A stretch of DNA of 64,000 nt from an uncultured Verrucomicrobiae bacterium (GTDB lineage: Bacteria; Verrucomicrobiota; Verrucomicrobiia; Chthoniobacterales; JAATET01), in NCBI GenBank assembly GCA_963803825.1, contig CAWDOJ010000003.1, positions 215,724 through 279,723 of the forward strand, written 5' to 3'. Position numbers and translations under genes: made by a program. The notes beneath the pieces were generated by a model. That model worked only from the letters and a program-made list of their open reading frames with translations. It searched no databases and had not been told where the DNA came from. This document shows, in pieces, positions 16,572-23,925 of the stretch; positions within the stretch are counted from its first letter, which is position 1, and every line of letters starts with the position of its first letter.

Positions 16572-16711
16572 GGGCCTGTCGCCAGAGCGGCGGCGATGGT
16601 GTCGAGTTGCGAGACCATCCACTCGACGTAGTTGGACGCGTCCAGCGGCTGGGTCTCGGCTTGGGCGGCGGCGAAGGACAGGGCAAGAAGTGGCAGGAGG
16701 AAGTAGCGCAT
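16568..16711 (-). CDS. small putative secreted protein (47 aa); possibly a remnant of a periplasmic binding-protein gene
   Basis: ATG 16711, 9 nt after the zur stop. MRYFLLPLLALSFAAAQAETQPLDASNYVEWMVSQLDTIAAALATGP has a signal-peptide-like N-terminus. GTGA overlap with the znuC remnant start. Not in the track because it is under 60 aa. Confidence 0.3.
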   Translation of the reverse strand: MRYFLLPLLALSFAAAQAETQPLDASNYVEWMVSQLDTIAAALATGP

Positions 16712-16720
16712 CGGGTGGAT

Positions 16721-17098
16721 CTACCTGGTGGACGAGCAAGCAGCGCAATCGCCGAAGAGGACGATCTCGTGGTCGTCGACCTTGAAGCCTGCCGGGGCGA
16801 GGGCATTGACCCCGCGGACGCAGCCGATCAAGTCGAAGAGTCGTTTGCAGCAGCGGCAGAGGAAAAAGTGGTGGTGCTGGCGGGCGGCGTGCTCGTAGTG
16901 GGGCGGGGCACCGGGCACGTCGACGAGCCGGATGCTTCCGGCTTCGACGAAGGCTCGAATTGCCCGATAGACGGTCGCGATTCCCAGTTTCGGAATGTTG
17001 CGTTGAGCGACTTCGCAGATCTCGACGGGCGTCAGCGGCCGATCCGCCGACTCGAGGATTTGGAAGATGAGCTGCTTCTGGGGTGTTGCATACGCCAT
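16721..17098 (-). CDS. zur: Fur-family metalloregulator, Zur by genomic context
   Basis: Start at ATG 17098 (MAYATPQKQLIFQILE...). Winged-helix region GIATVYRAIRAF and CxxC pairs (FFLCRCC, GDCAAC). It is flanked by znu remnants and sits divergent to a COG0523 cluster. Confidence 0.75.
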   Translation of the reverse strand: MAYATPQKQLIFQILESADRPLTPVEICEVAQRNIPKLGIATVYRAIRAFVEAGSIRLVDVPGAPPHYEHAARQHHHFFLCRCCKRLFDLIGCVRGVNALAPAGFKVDDHEIVLFGDCAACSSTR

Positions 17099-17122
17099 GC
17101 CTCGAAATTGCCGGAATGACCG

Positions 17123-17135
17123 ATTGATAGTCAAT
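17123..17135. promoter_or_regulatory. candidate Fur/Zur-type operator: palindrome ATTGA-tag-TCAAT in the zur / DUF1826 divergent region
   Basis: The 5-3-5 palindrome was read directly. A -35-like TTGACG at 17149-17154 and a TATCAA at 17170-17175 lie just downstream on the plus strand. A related TTTGATCAAA palindrome overlaps the start of the second COG0523 gene (20871-20880). Confidence 0.25.
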
Positions 17136-17544
17136 TCTCAATTGTCCCTTGACGTGGGTGAGAATCCACTATCAATTACACCTTCCTGGTCCCCATGACT
17201 TTCTCTTGCCCGCCCTCTCGTCGTCGCAGTCTCGTGGGAGAAGTCTGCCGTTGTCTGGAGCAGCAGATGGTCTCTTGGGGATGCGACGCCCGCGACGCCG
17301 TATTGGCATCGTGCGGCGATCTGCTGCGTTGGGTTTGTCGCTACGAAGCGTGGATCGAGGGAGCGACGGACGCTGGCTGCCGCGAGCGCTGCTGGACCCG
17401 GCAGGTTGCGAGGATGGGCGTCCGACCCTGGTTGCCGCCGGATCTGGCGAGGGATTGGATCGGAAGATTTCTCGCCGATCCGGGCACGACTCTGCGGGCG
17501 CGAGAACTCCTGCGCAACCGCTGACGAAGCTTCGCGAAATTCAA

Positions 17545-18222
17545 ATGACTGCTCTTCTCGACCATCCACCTCACGTCACCTTCGGACGCGACCCAGGCGT
17601 TCTGCGCGAAGTCGCCGATCCTGCGATCAACCTCACGGTCTGGGAGCGCGGGCCGCTCGAGCCGGCACTCCCGGCGGTCGAGGGTTTGCGGCGGGTGGCT
17701 GGGCCGGTCGCGTTCGACTGGCACGCCCCGTCGATCCCGCAGATCGCGCGAGACCTCGGGACGTCGATTGCCGACGAGCGGTTGGCCGCCGGCGTCGAGG
17801 CGTTGTCCGCCGATATCGTGCGGCTTTCCCACCGGTTTGCGGCGGTCGCTGCGGTCCGGCATCCGCGCGTGCGATTGGCGCGGATCGAGGACGACGGTTG
17901 CGCTCTTTTTCACGCGGATTCTCTGAAGATGCGAATGCTCTGCGTCTACGCGGGCCCCGGCACCGAGTGGCTGGAGAACGAGAACGTGCGGCGCGAGCAA
18001 CTGGGTTCTTCCGGCCGGACGCTCGATGAAGCGACGGCTGCCATCGTGATTGAACTGTGGTCGATCCGGTCGATTCCAAACTGGCACGTGTCCATTTTCA
18101 AGGGTCGTGGTTGGCCCGGGGGCGAGAACAATGCGCTGATCCATCGAAGCGCACCGATGCGCCGACGAGACGCCCATCGGATCCGCCTGTGCATCGATCT
18201 GCCGGGGTCCTGCGGCTGCTGA
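17545..18222 (+). CDS. DUF1826-like protein (a known neighbour family of COG0523 genes)
   Basis: Start at ATG 17545 (MTALLDHPP...). [23 protein letters not shown] matches my recollection of the DUF1826 core; an HMM check is needed. The 132-codon upstream part of track ORF 17149-18222 is Arg/Gly-rich and looks non-coding. Confidence 0.6.
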   Translation: MTALLDHPPHVTFGRDPGVLREVADPAINLTVWERGPLEPALPAVEGLRRVAGPVAFDWHAPSIPQIARDLGTSIADERLAAGVEALSADIVRLSHRFAAVAAVRHPRVRLARIEDDGCALFHADSLKMRMLCVYAGPGTEWLENENVRREQLGSSGRTLDEATAAIVIELWSIRSIPNWHVSIFKGRGWPGGENNALIHRSAPMRRRDAHRIRLCIDLPGSCGC

Positions 18223-18235
18223 GTGCCATCTATTC

Positions 18236-19453
18236 ATGAATAAACTACCCGTCACCGTCCTCTCCGGCTTCCTCGGAGCCGGGAAAACGACTCTGCTCAA
18301 TCACGTCCTCAATAACCGCGAGGGCCGCCGCGTCGCGGTAATCGTCAACGACATGAGCGAGGTCAACATCGACGCCGCCCTCGTCCGCGACGGGGGTGCC
18401 GAACTCAGCCGAACCGAGGAAAAGCTCGTCGAGATGTCCAACGGCTGCATCTGCTGCACCCTGCGTGAAGATTTGCTGAAGGAAGTCACCCGCCTCGCGG
18501 ACGAGGGGCGGTTCGACTATCTGCTCATCGAATCGACGGGCGTCTCCGAACCGCTGCCGGTCGCGCAGACCTTCACTTTCGCCGACGAGGAGGGTCGCAG
18601 TTTGGAAACGATCACTCGCCTCGACACGATGGTGACGGTCGTGGACGCGGCGAACTTCCTCGAGCACTACGAGGGCAGCGACAACCTGCTCGACCGCGAT
18701 CTTGCCATCGGCGAGGAGGACCACAGGACGATCGCCGATCTCTTTGCCGATCAGGTCGAATTTGCCGACGTGATCGTGATCAATAAGACGGATCTCGTGA
18801 CCGCCGAGCAGCGCAACGAACTCCGCGTGATCCTGCATCGCCTCAATCCTGGTGCCCACATCACGGATTCCGAGCGCGGGCGGGTTGACCTCGACAAGGT
18901 CTTCGACACCGGACGCTTCGACATGGACCGCGCCCAGGCGTCTGCGGGTTGGATGCGCGAACTCGTCAATGTCCACACGCCCGAGACCGAGGAATACGGG
19001 ATTGGGAGCTTCGTCTTCCGGGCGCGGCGGCCGTTTCACCCGAAGCGGTTCTGGGATTTCATCCACACGGAGTGGCCCGGCCTCCTTCGCAGCAAGGGCT
19101 TCTTCTGGCTCGCGTCGCGGAACACGATGATTGGCCAATGGTCGCAAGCTGGCGGCAGCGCCGAGTATCGCCCGGTCGGCTTCTGGTGGGGTGCTGCGGA
19201 CAAATCGACGTGGCCCGACGACGACGAGACGTGGAAGGCGATCATGAAGGAATGGCAGGAACCCTACGGCGATCGCCGCCAGGAGTTGGTCTACATCGGC
19301 CAAGATCTGGCGAAGGACGCCATGCTGGAAGGGCTTCGCAAATGCCTGCTCGACGACCGCGAGATGGCTTTCGGCGAGGATTGGTGGGCCGAGAAGCTTC
19401 GTGATCCGTTTCCGAAATGGACGACCGAGGCGGCCGCCGAACCGACGCACTAA
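18236..19453 (+). CDS. COG0523-family G3E GTPase (ZigA/YeiR/CobW-like zinc metallochaperone candidate)
   Basis: 405 aa. P-loop [12 protein letters not shown], metal motif [14 protein letters not shown] and INKTDL, plus a C-terminal CobW_C-like domain. Confidence 0.85.
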   Translation: MNKLPVTVLSGFLGAGKTTLLNHVLNNREGRRVAVIVNDMSEVNIDAALVRDGGAELSRTEEKLVEMSNGCICCTLREDLLKEVTRLADEGRFDYLLIESTGVSEPLPVAQTFTFADEEGRSLETITRLDTMVTVVDAANFLEHYEGSDNLLDRDLAIGEEDHRTIADLFADQVEFADVIVINKTDLVTAEQRNELRVILHRLNPGAHITDSERGRVDLDKVFDTGRFDMDRAQASAGWMRELVNVHTPETEEYGIGSFVFRARRPFHPKRFWDFIHTEWPGLLRSKGFFWLASRNTMIGQWSQAGGSAEYRPVGFWWGAADKSTWPDDDETWKAIMKEWQEPYGDRRQELVYIGQDLAKDAMLEGLRKCLLDDREMAFGEDWWAEKLRDPFPKWTTEAAAEPTH

Positions 19454-19459
19454 TCAAAG

Positions 19460-19723
19460 TTGACGATGGTCCCCGTCTTCAACTTGATGGCCGAGCCCAT
19501 CACGTGCTCCTCCTGCGGATTCAACGAGGTGATGTTCGCCAGGACGCTGCGTCTGGGTTGCCCGCGGTGCTACGAGACGTTTGGCGCGCATCTCGAAACG
19601 ATGTTGCCGAAGTGGCACGTCGGGATGGAGCATGCCGGAAGGACTCCGCTGCGACGCCGCAGGTTGGCGACCAATCGTGTGCTTGAATCAGTGACCGAAG
19701 TAGTGAGGACGACCACGTCGTGA
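19460..19723 (+). CDS. 87-aa zinc-ribbon protein resembling the second Zn-finger module of McsA
   Basis: CSSCGFNEVMFARTLRLGCPRCYETFGAHLETMLPKWHVGMEHAGRTP fits the McsA pattern CxxCG-x9-RxGCxxCYxTF-x10-H-x5-HxG[KR]xP. No UVR domain is present. Confidence 0.55.
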   Translation: MTMVPVFNLMAEPITCSSCGFNEVMFARTLRLGCPRCYETFGAHLETMLPKWHVGMEHAGRTPLRRRRLATNRVLESVTEVVRTTTS

Positions 19724-20151
19724 AAGTCCGTGGTGGCACCCTCGACGTCCTCCCGCCGAGCGGCGACACGTCGCGTCCGATCGACGATCAACCCTCCGAG
19801 GTCCGGCGGATCGGGGCGCGCTTGGCCGCGATCGTTGCCCAGCACGTCGAATCCTCGCGGGCAATGACGGTGCCCGTCAGCGCGGAGGATCTGCGGGCGG
19901 TCATTGCCGCGCTCGACGCCGAAGCCGATGGCCTGGCCCCGGCGCCCCACGTCCATTGCCCGGACGAGGTGCGCGTCTACCTGCGCCAATCGCTTTACGA
20001 AGAGCTGCTCGGCGAGCCGAGCAACGTCTTCTACGCCTCGCGCGTGGACGCCGAGACGATGCGCTACGAACCCATGCCGCGCGAATTTTGGAAGGAATGC
20101 TTGGCCGCGTTGAGCGGGCGGCTGCGGCTCGACGAATTGAATCGTGATTGA
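19720..20151 (+). CDS. hypothetical protein (143 aa)
   Basis: GTG start in a GTGA overlap with the preceding stop, and an 8-nt overlap with the next gene. No motif recognised. Confidence 0.5.
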   Translation: MKVRGGTLDVLPPSGDTSRPIDDQPSEVRRIGARLAAIVAQHVESSRAMTVPVSAEDLRAVIAALDAEADGLAPAPHVHCPDEVRVYLRQSLYEELLGEPSNVFYASRVDAETMRYEPMPREFWKECLAALSGRLRLDELNRD

Positions 20152-20485
20152 AACGCCATTACACCCCCGCGCCTCCGTCGAGGCCGTCGAAGAAGGCTGC
20201 GGCCTCGCTCCGAAGTTCGACGCAGACGGCTTGATCCCGCTCGTCACCACCGACTTCGTGAGCGGCGAGCTTCTCATGCCCGCCTACCAAAATGCGCAGG
20301 TGCTGCGGCTCAGCATCGAGACCGCAGAGGCGCACTACTGGAGCCGCAGCCGCCAGTGTCTCTGGCGCAAAGGGGCGACCAGCGGACTCGTCCAACGCGT
20401 CCGTGAGTTGCGGACCGACGATGATCAAGATTGCGTCTGGCTACGGGTCGATCTCTCCTGCTCCGGCGCGGAATGCGCATACTGA
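20144..20485 (+). CDS. hisI: phosphoribosyl-AMP cyclohydrolase-like protein (HisI paralogue with variant C-terminal metal motif)
   Basis: GLIPLVTTDFVSGELLMPAYQN...AHYWSRSRQCLWRKGATSGLVQRV...DDDQDCVWLRV resembles HisI throughout. The C-terminus reads LSCSGAECAY where canonical HisI has ACHTGxxSCFY. Confidence 0.75.
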   Translation: MIETPLHPRASVEAVEEGCGLAPKFDADGLIPLVTTDFVSGELLMPAYQNAQVLRLSIETAEAHYWSRSRQCLWRKGATSGLVQRVRELRTDDDQDCVWLRVDLSCSGAECAY

Positions 20486-20879
20486 ACGATCGACCCACCT
20501 CTGTCGTCCTCATCGACCTCGAATCTTCTGGCAAACCCGCGCTCTTCTGCGGCCTGACCGGGAACGCGACCGGCGACGAGGCGGGCTTCTGCGGTAGCCC
20601 CGTCGTCAGCCGCCGGTGCCGGCTGACCGATTGCTAATGCGAGGTCGTCGACACGCCCGGCCGGGCGCGGCCTCATCGGGCGGGATCTCATGCCGGTCCT
20701 CCTGGATTGTTTGCGCCCGACCTCTCGGCGCTGCTCCGCGTCATCGCTCACGGGGTGCGTGGTCACGTTGTGGACGATCCGACGCGAACTCGGTGCTCGC
20801 ATTGCGCTAACGGTCGTCGCCCGCCAAGGCGCGACTTCCCTCGTGGCGGCAGGTATCTTCAGCTTATTTTTTTGATCAA

Positions 20880-21608
20880 ATGAACCAATCACCCGTCCCC
20901 ACCGTCCTGTTGGTTGGCTTCCTCGGAGCTGGGAAAACGACGTTCCTACGCGCGATCCTGCCTCAACTCGAAGAACGGGGGCTCGTCCCGTATGTGTTGA
21001 TCAACGACTACCAGAACGCGCGCATCGACGCTTCGTCCCTCCGCGATCTCACCGACGAAGTCCGCGCCATCGACGGCAACTGCGTCTGCTGCGACTCGAT
21101 CCACGAACTCGTCAACGACCTCCTCGCTATACCGGAGCTTCCCAACCGGGTCGTGCTCATCGAGGCCAACGGCACGACGGAACCGTTCTCGCTCATCGAA
21201 CATCTCACGGCGCACTTGGAACTCAGGGATTGCTTTGGGCCGCTGCTCCAGGTGGGCGTCATCGATCTGAAACGTTGGCAAAAGCGCTCTTGGCACGACG
21301 ACCTCGAGCGGTTGCAAGCGAGCAGCGCCAGCCACCTGATCTACACGCGGGCAGGATCCGAAACCGGCGAGCGGGTCGCCAAGGTCCGCAGCGATCTGGA
21401 ATGGCTGAATCCGCGAGCGGTCGAAACCTCCGCCGACAGACTAGCCGACGAGTTGCGAGGCCTGGTGGGTTTCCCGTCTCGCCAGATTTGCGACGATCTT
21501 TCCGCTGATGGCGGAGCCAACCGTGTCGCCGTGCGCAGTGCTGATCGGAGTGCGGCTCGACGCGGACGAACTTCGGGTGGAAGCAGGGCGGGCGTTTGCG
21601 AAGGGTGA
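20880..21608 (+). CDS. COG0523-family GTPase paralogue, C-terminal domain largely missing or out of frame (probable decayed copy)
   Basis: [21 protein letters not shown] and EANGTTEP are present. After about residue 200 the frame turns Arg/Ser-rich. Another frame reads ...PLMAEPTVSPCAVLIGVRLDADELRVEAGRAF up to TGA 21664-21666, which matches the extreme C-terminus of the 33618-34597 paralogue. About 70 residues of the CobW_C region are absent. Confidence 0.55.
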   Translation: MNQSPVPTVLLVGFLGAGKTTFLRAILPQLEERGLVPYVLINDYQNARIDASSLRDLTDEVRAIDGNCVCCDSIHELVNDLLAIPELPNRVVLIEANGTTEPFSLIEHLTAHLELRDCFGPLLQVGVIDLKRWQKRSWHDDLERLQASSASHLIYTRAGSETGERVAKVRSDLEWLNPRAVETSADRLADELRGLVGFPSRQICDDLSADGGANRVAVRSADRSAARRGRTSGGSRAGVCEG

Positions 21609-21642
21609 CGGACGAAGCGACGGCGCCCCCAGCGCGGCTGCC

Positions 21643-22665
21643 TTATCCTTGAGAGAGATCGGCTGAAGCCGACTTGGGGGCGTCGAGGCCGATCTTGCGG
21701 TAGGCTTTTGCCAGGGCGACGCGGCCTTGGGGGGTGCGCTTGAGGAAGCCTTGCATGATGAGGTAGGGCTCGTGGACCTCTTCGAGTGTGCCGGGTTCTT
21801 CGCCGGCGGAGACCGCGAGGGCGTTGAGGCCGACGGGGCCGCCGTCGAATTTGGTGATGATGGCCTCGATGATGCGCTTGTCCATTTCGTCGAAGCCTTC
21901 GGCGTCGACGTCGAGCATCTCTAGCGCTTGGGCGGCGACGGGGCGGTCGATGTGGCCTTCGGCGCGGACCTGGGCGAAGTCGCGGACCCAGCGGAGGTAG
22001 TTGTTGGCGATGCGGGGCGTGCCCCGGGAGCGGCGGGCGATCTCGAGGGCGCCGGGGGCGTCGATCTTGACGCCGAGGAGTCCGGCGCTGCGGGTGGTGA
22101 TGGTGGCGAGGGCCTCGGCGGAATAGTAGTCGAGGCGGCAGTTCATGCCGAAGCGGGAGCGGAGGGGGGCAGAGATCATGCCGCTGCGGGTGGTCGCTCC
22201 GATGAGCGTGAATTTCGCGAGGTGGAGCTGGATGCTGCGGGCGGACGGGCCTTGGTCGATGAGGATGTCGACGCGGAAGTCTTCCATCGCCGGGTAGAGG
22301 TATTCCTCGATGGTGGGCTGGAGGCGGTGGATCTCGTCGATGAAGAGGACGTCGCCGCGCTGAAGATTGGTCAGGAGACCAGCGAGGTCGCCGGCTTTGT
22401 CGATGGTGGGGCCGGAAGTGGTCTTTACGTCGGCTCCGACGGCGTTGCCGACGATGTAGGCGAGCGAGGTTTTGCCGAGACCGGGTGGGCCGGAGAGGAG
22501 GATGTGCTGGAGGACGTCGTCGCGCTGCCGGGCGGCGTCGACCATGAGCTGAAGGCGCTCGACGGTCTTTTCCTGGCCGGCGAATTCCGCAAAGGCTGGG
22601 GGGCGAAGGGAGACGTCGAACGGGGTGTCCGGGGCGTCGGCTTGGTGGCGGAGGTCGTCGGTCAT
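21643..22665 (-). CDS. ruvB: Holliday junction branch migration DNA helicase RuvB
   Basis: Start at ATG 22665 (MTDDLRHQ...). [41 protein letters not shown] and [16 protein letters not shown]. The 537-aa track ORF includes a spurious 197-aa extension. Confidence 0.9.
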   Translation of the reverse strand: MTDDLRHQADAPDTPFDVSLRPPAFAEFAGQEKTVERLQLMVDAARQRDDVLQHILLSGPPGLGKTSLAYIVGNAVGADVKTTSGPTIDKAGDLAGLLTNLQRGDVLFIDEIHRLQPTIEEYLYPAMEDFRVDILIDQGPSARSIQLHLAKFTLIGATTRSGMISAPLRSRFGMNCRLDYYSAEALATITTRSAGLLGVKIDAPGALEIARRSRGTPRIANNYLRWVRDFAQVRAEGHIDRPVAAQALEMLDVDAEGFDEMDKRIIEAIITKFDGGPVGLNALAVSAGEEPGTLEEVHEPYLIMQGFLKRTPQGRVALAKAYRKIGLDAPKSASADLSQG

Positions 22666-22677
22666 TTTGTGGTCACT

Positions 22678-22705
22678 CGAAGGCGCGAAGGCGCGAAGTG
22701 AAGGC
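22678..22705. repeat. tandem 8-mer cgaaggcg x2 plus a degenerate third unit in the ruvB leader / trpC trailer
   Basis: cgaaggcg cgaaggcg cgaagtgaaggc, read directly between the ruvB start (22665) and the trpC stop (22745). Confidence 0.85.
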
Positions 22706-22744
22706 AATAATAATCCATTTCTCGGCGCCTCCGCGTCAGAACGG

Positions 22745-23560
22745 TCATCGCAAGCAAGACTCGAAGTCGGCAAGAGCCGTCGCGATGCCTCGCTCGTCGC
22801 GGAGAAGGGATGTGCCGACGAGGGCGGCGTTGAAACGGTCGGTGATCGTAGGGAGATTCTCGGGGGTGAGGCCGCTCTCGGCGACTTTGATGGCGGTGGA
22901 CGGGAGTTGGGTGACGAGGTCGAACGTGTCGAGGGCGAGGCTGAAGTCGGTGGAGGATTCGCCGGATGCGCCGACGAAGCCGGTGGTGGATTTGAATTTG
23001 CGGCTGTTGATGCCGATAACCTTGGCGTCGGTGGGGAGGGTGTCGATCTCCTGCTGGGTGTGGATCTCGAAGAGGGCGGTGAGACCGAGCTCCTGGGCGA
23101 GGTCGTGGAAGCCGCGGAGGCGAGGGCCGTCGAGAACGTTGGCCATGAGGAGGATGGCGTCGGCTCCGAATGCGCGGGCTTCGCGGATCTGGTATTCGTC
23201 GATGAAGAAATCCTTGCGCAGAACGGGCTTGGTGACGGTGGCTCGGACCGAGGCAAGGCGGTGGATCGTCATACCAAAATGATGCTCGTTGGTGAGGACC
23301 GAGAGGGCGCGGACGACGGGGTTCTCTTCGTAGGCGTGAGGGGCGTCGCGGACGTTGGCGGGGCGCATGGGACCGACGCTCGGAGAGCGTTCTTTGATCT
23401 CGGTGACGAGTCCAAAACCGGGGGCGGCTAGGGCGGCGGCGAAGTCGCGAGGGGGCGGCGCGTCGGCGAGGCGGGCGCGGATGTCGGCGGCGGGACGGCG
23501 GGATTTGGTGGTAGCGAGTTCGGCGGCGACGTCGCTGAGGATCTGATCGAGGAAAGTCAC
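22745..23560 (-). CDS. trpC: indole-3-glycerol phosphate synthase
   Basis: 271 aa, GTG start at 23560. [38 protein letters not shown] and ESGL blocks are typical of IGPS. Confidence 0.88.
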   Translation of the reverse strand: MTFLDQILSDVAAELATTKSRRPAADIRARLADAPPPRDFAAALAAPGFGLVTEIKERSPSVGPMRPANVRDAPHAYEENPVVRALSVLTNEHHFGMTIHRLASVRATVTKPVLRKDFFIDEYQIREARAFGADAILLMANVLDGPRLRGFHDLAQELGLTALFEIHTQQEIDTLPTDAKVIGINSRKFKSTTGFVGASGESSTDFSLALDTFDLVTQLPSTAIKVAESGLTPENLPTITDRFNAALVGTSLLRDERGIATALADFESCLR

Positions 23561-23575
23561 GTTGCGGTGGTTTTA

Positions 23576-23602
23576 CCGCAGATTGCGCAGATTACGCAGA
23601 AG
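23576..23602. repeat. tandem 9-mers ccgcagatt gcgcagatt acgcagaag spanning the cutA stop and trpC leader
   Basis: Read directly. The third unit overlaps the last cutA codons and the TAA at 23594-23592. Confidence 0.85.
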
Positions 23603-23924
23603 AATTCGGTGCTGCCGATGGGTCTCGGATCCAATCGGCGTAAGCCGCAGTGGAGGTGGCCGAGAGAGTCAGGATCTCGGGGACTTCGTAGGGGTGGATC
23701 TCGGCGAGACGGGAGGCTGTCGCTGCCGCGCGGTCGGGGCTGACCTTGAAGAGAACCCGGATCTCCTGGGTGTCGTGCAATTCGTTTTCCCAGATGTAGA
23801 TCGATCTGGCTCCTCGGGTGATGGTGCCGCAGGCGATGAGGCCTTCGCGGAGGAGGGTGCGGATGGTGTCGGTCGCGTCTTCTTCGCGCTCGAAGGTGGT
23901 GAGGATGAGCGCGACCTCGACCAC
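23592..23924 (-). CDS. cutA: divalent-cation tolerance protein CutA
   Basis: 110 aa. LIACGTI...SIYIWENEL...LFKV...HPYEVPEI is typical of CutA1. Confidence 0.8.
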   Translation of the reverse strand: MVEVALILTTFEREEDATDTIRTLLREGLIACGTITRGARSIYIWENELHDTQEIRVLFKVSPDRAAATASRLAEIHPYEVPEILTLSATSTAAYADWIRDPSAAPNSSA

Positions 23925-23925
23925 G

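Noticed and set aside
17190-17544. Cobalamin riboswitch upstream of the CobW-like (COG0523) cluster.
   Set aside because: I could not find a convincing B12 box or the GCCACTG/AGGGAA core elements. The Zur, DUF1826 and HisI context points to zinc rather than cobalamin.
22666-23256. N-terminal extension of the ruvB track ORF (537 aa). There are similar extensions in ORFs 6204-7910, 7703-8947, 8266-9822, 1981-2877 and 4146-4904.
   Set aside because: The extensions are Pro/Ser/Arg-rich, overlap the upstream gene in another frame, and start well before the conserved N-terminus. Internal ATG or GTG starts coincide with stop-start overlaps of the upstream genes.
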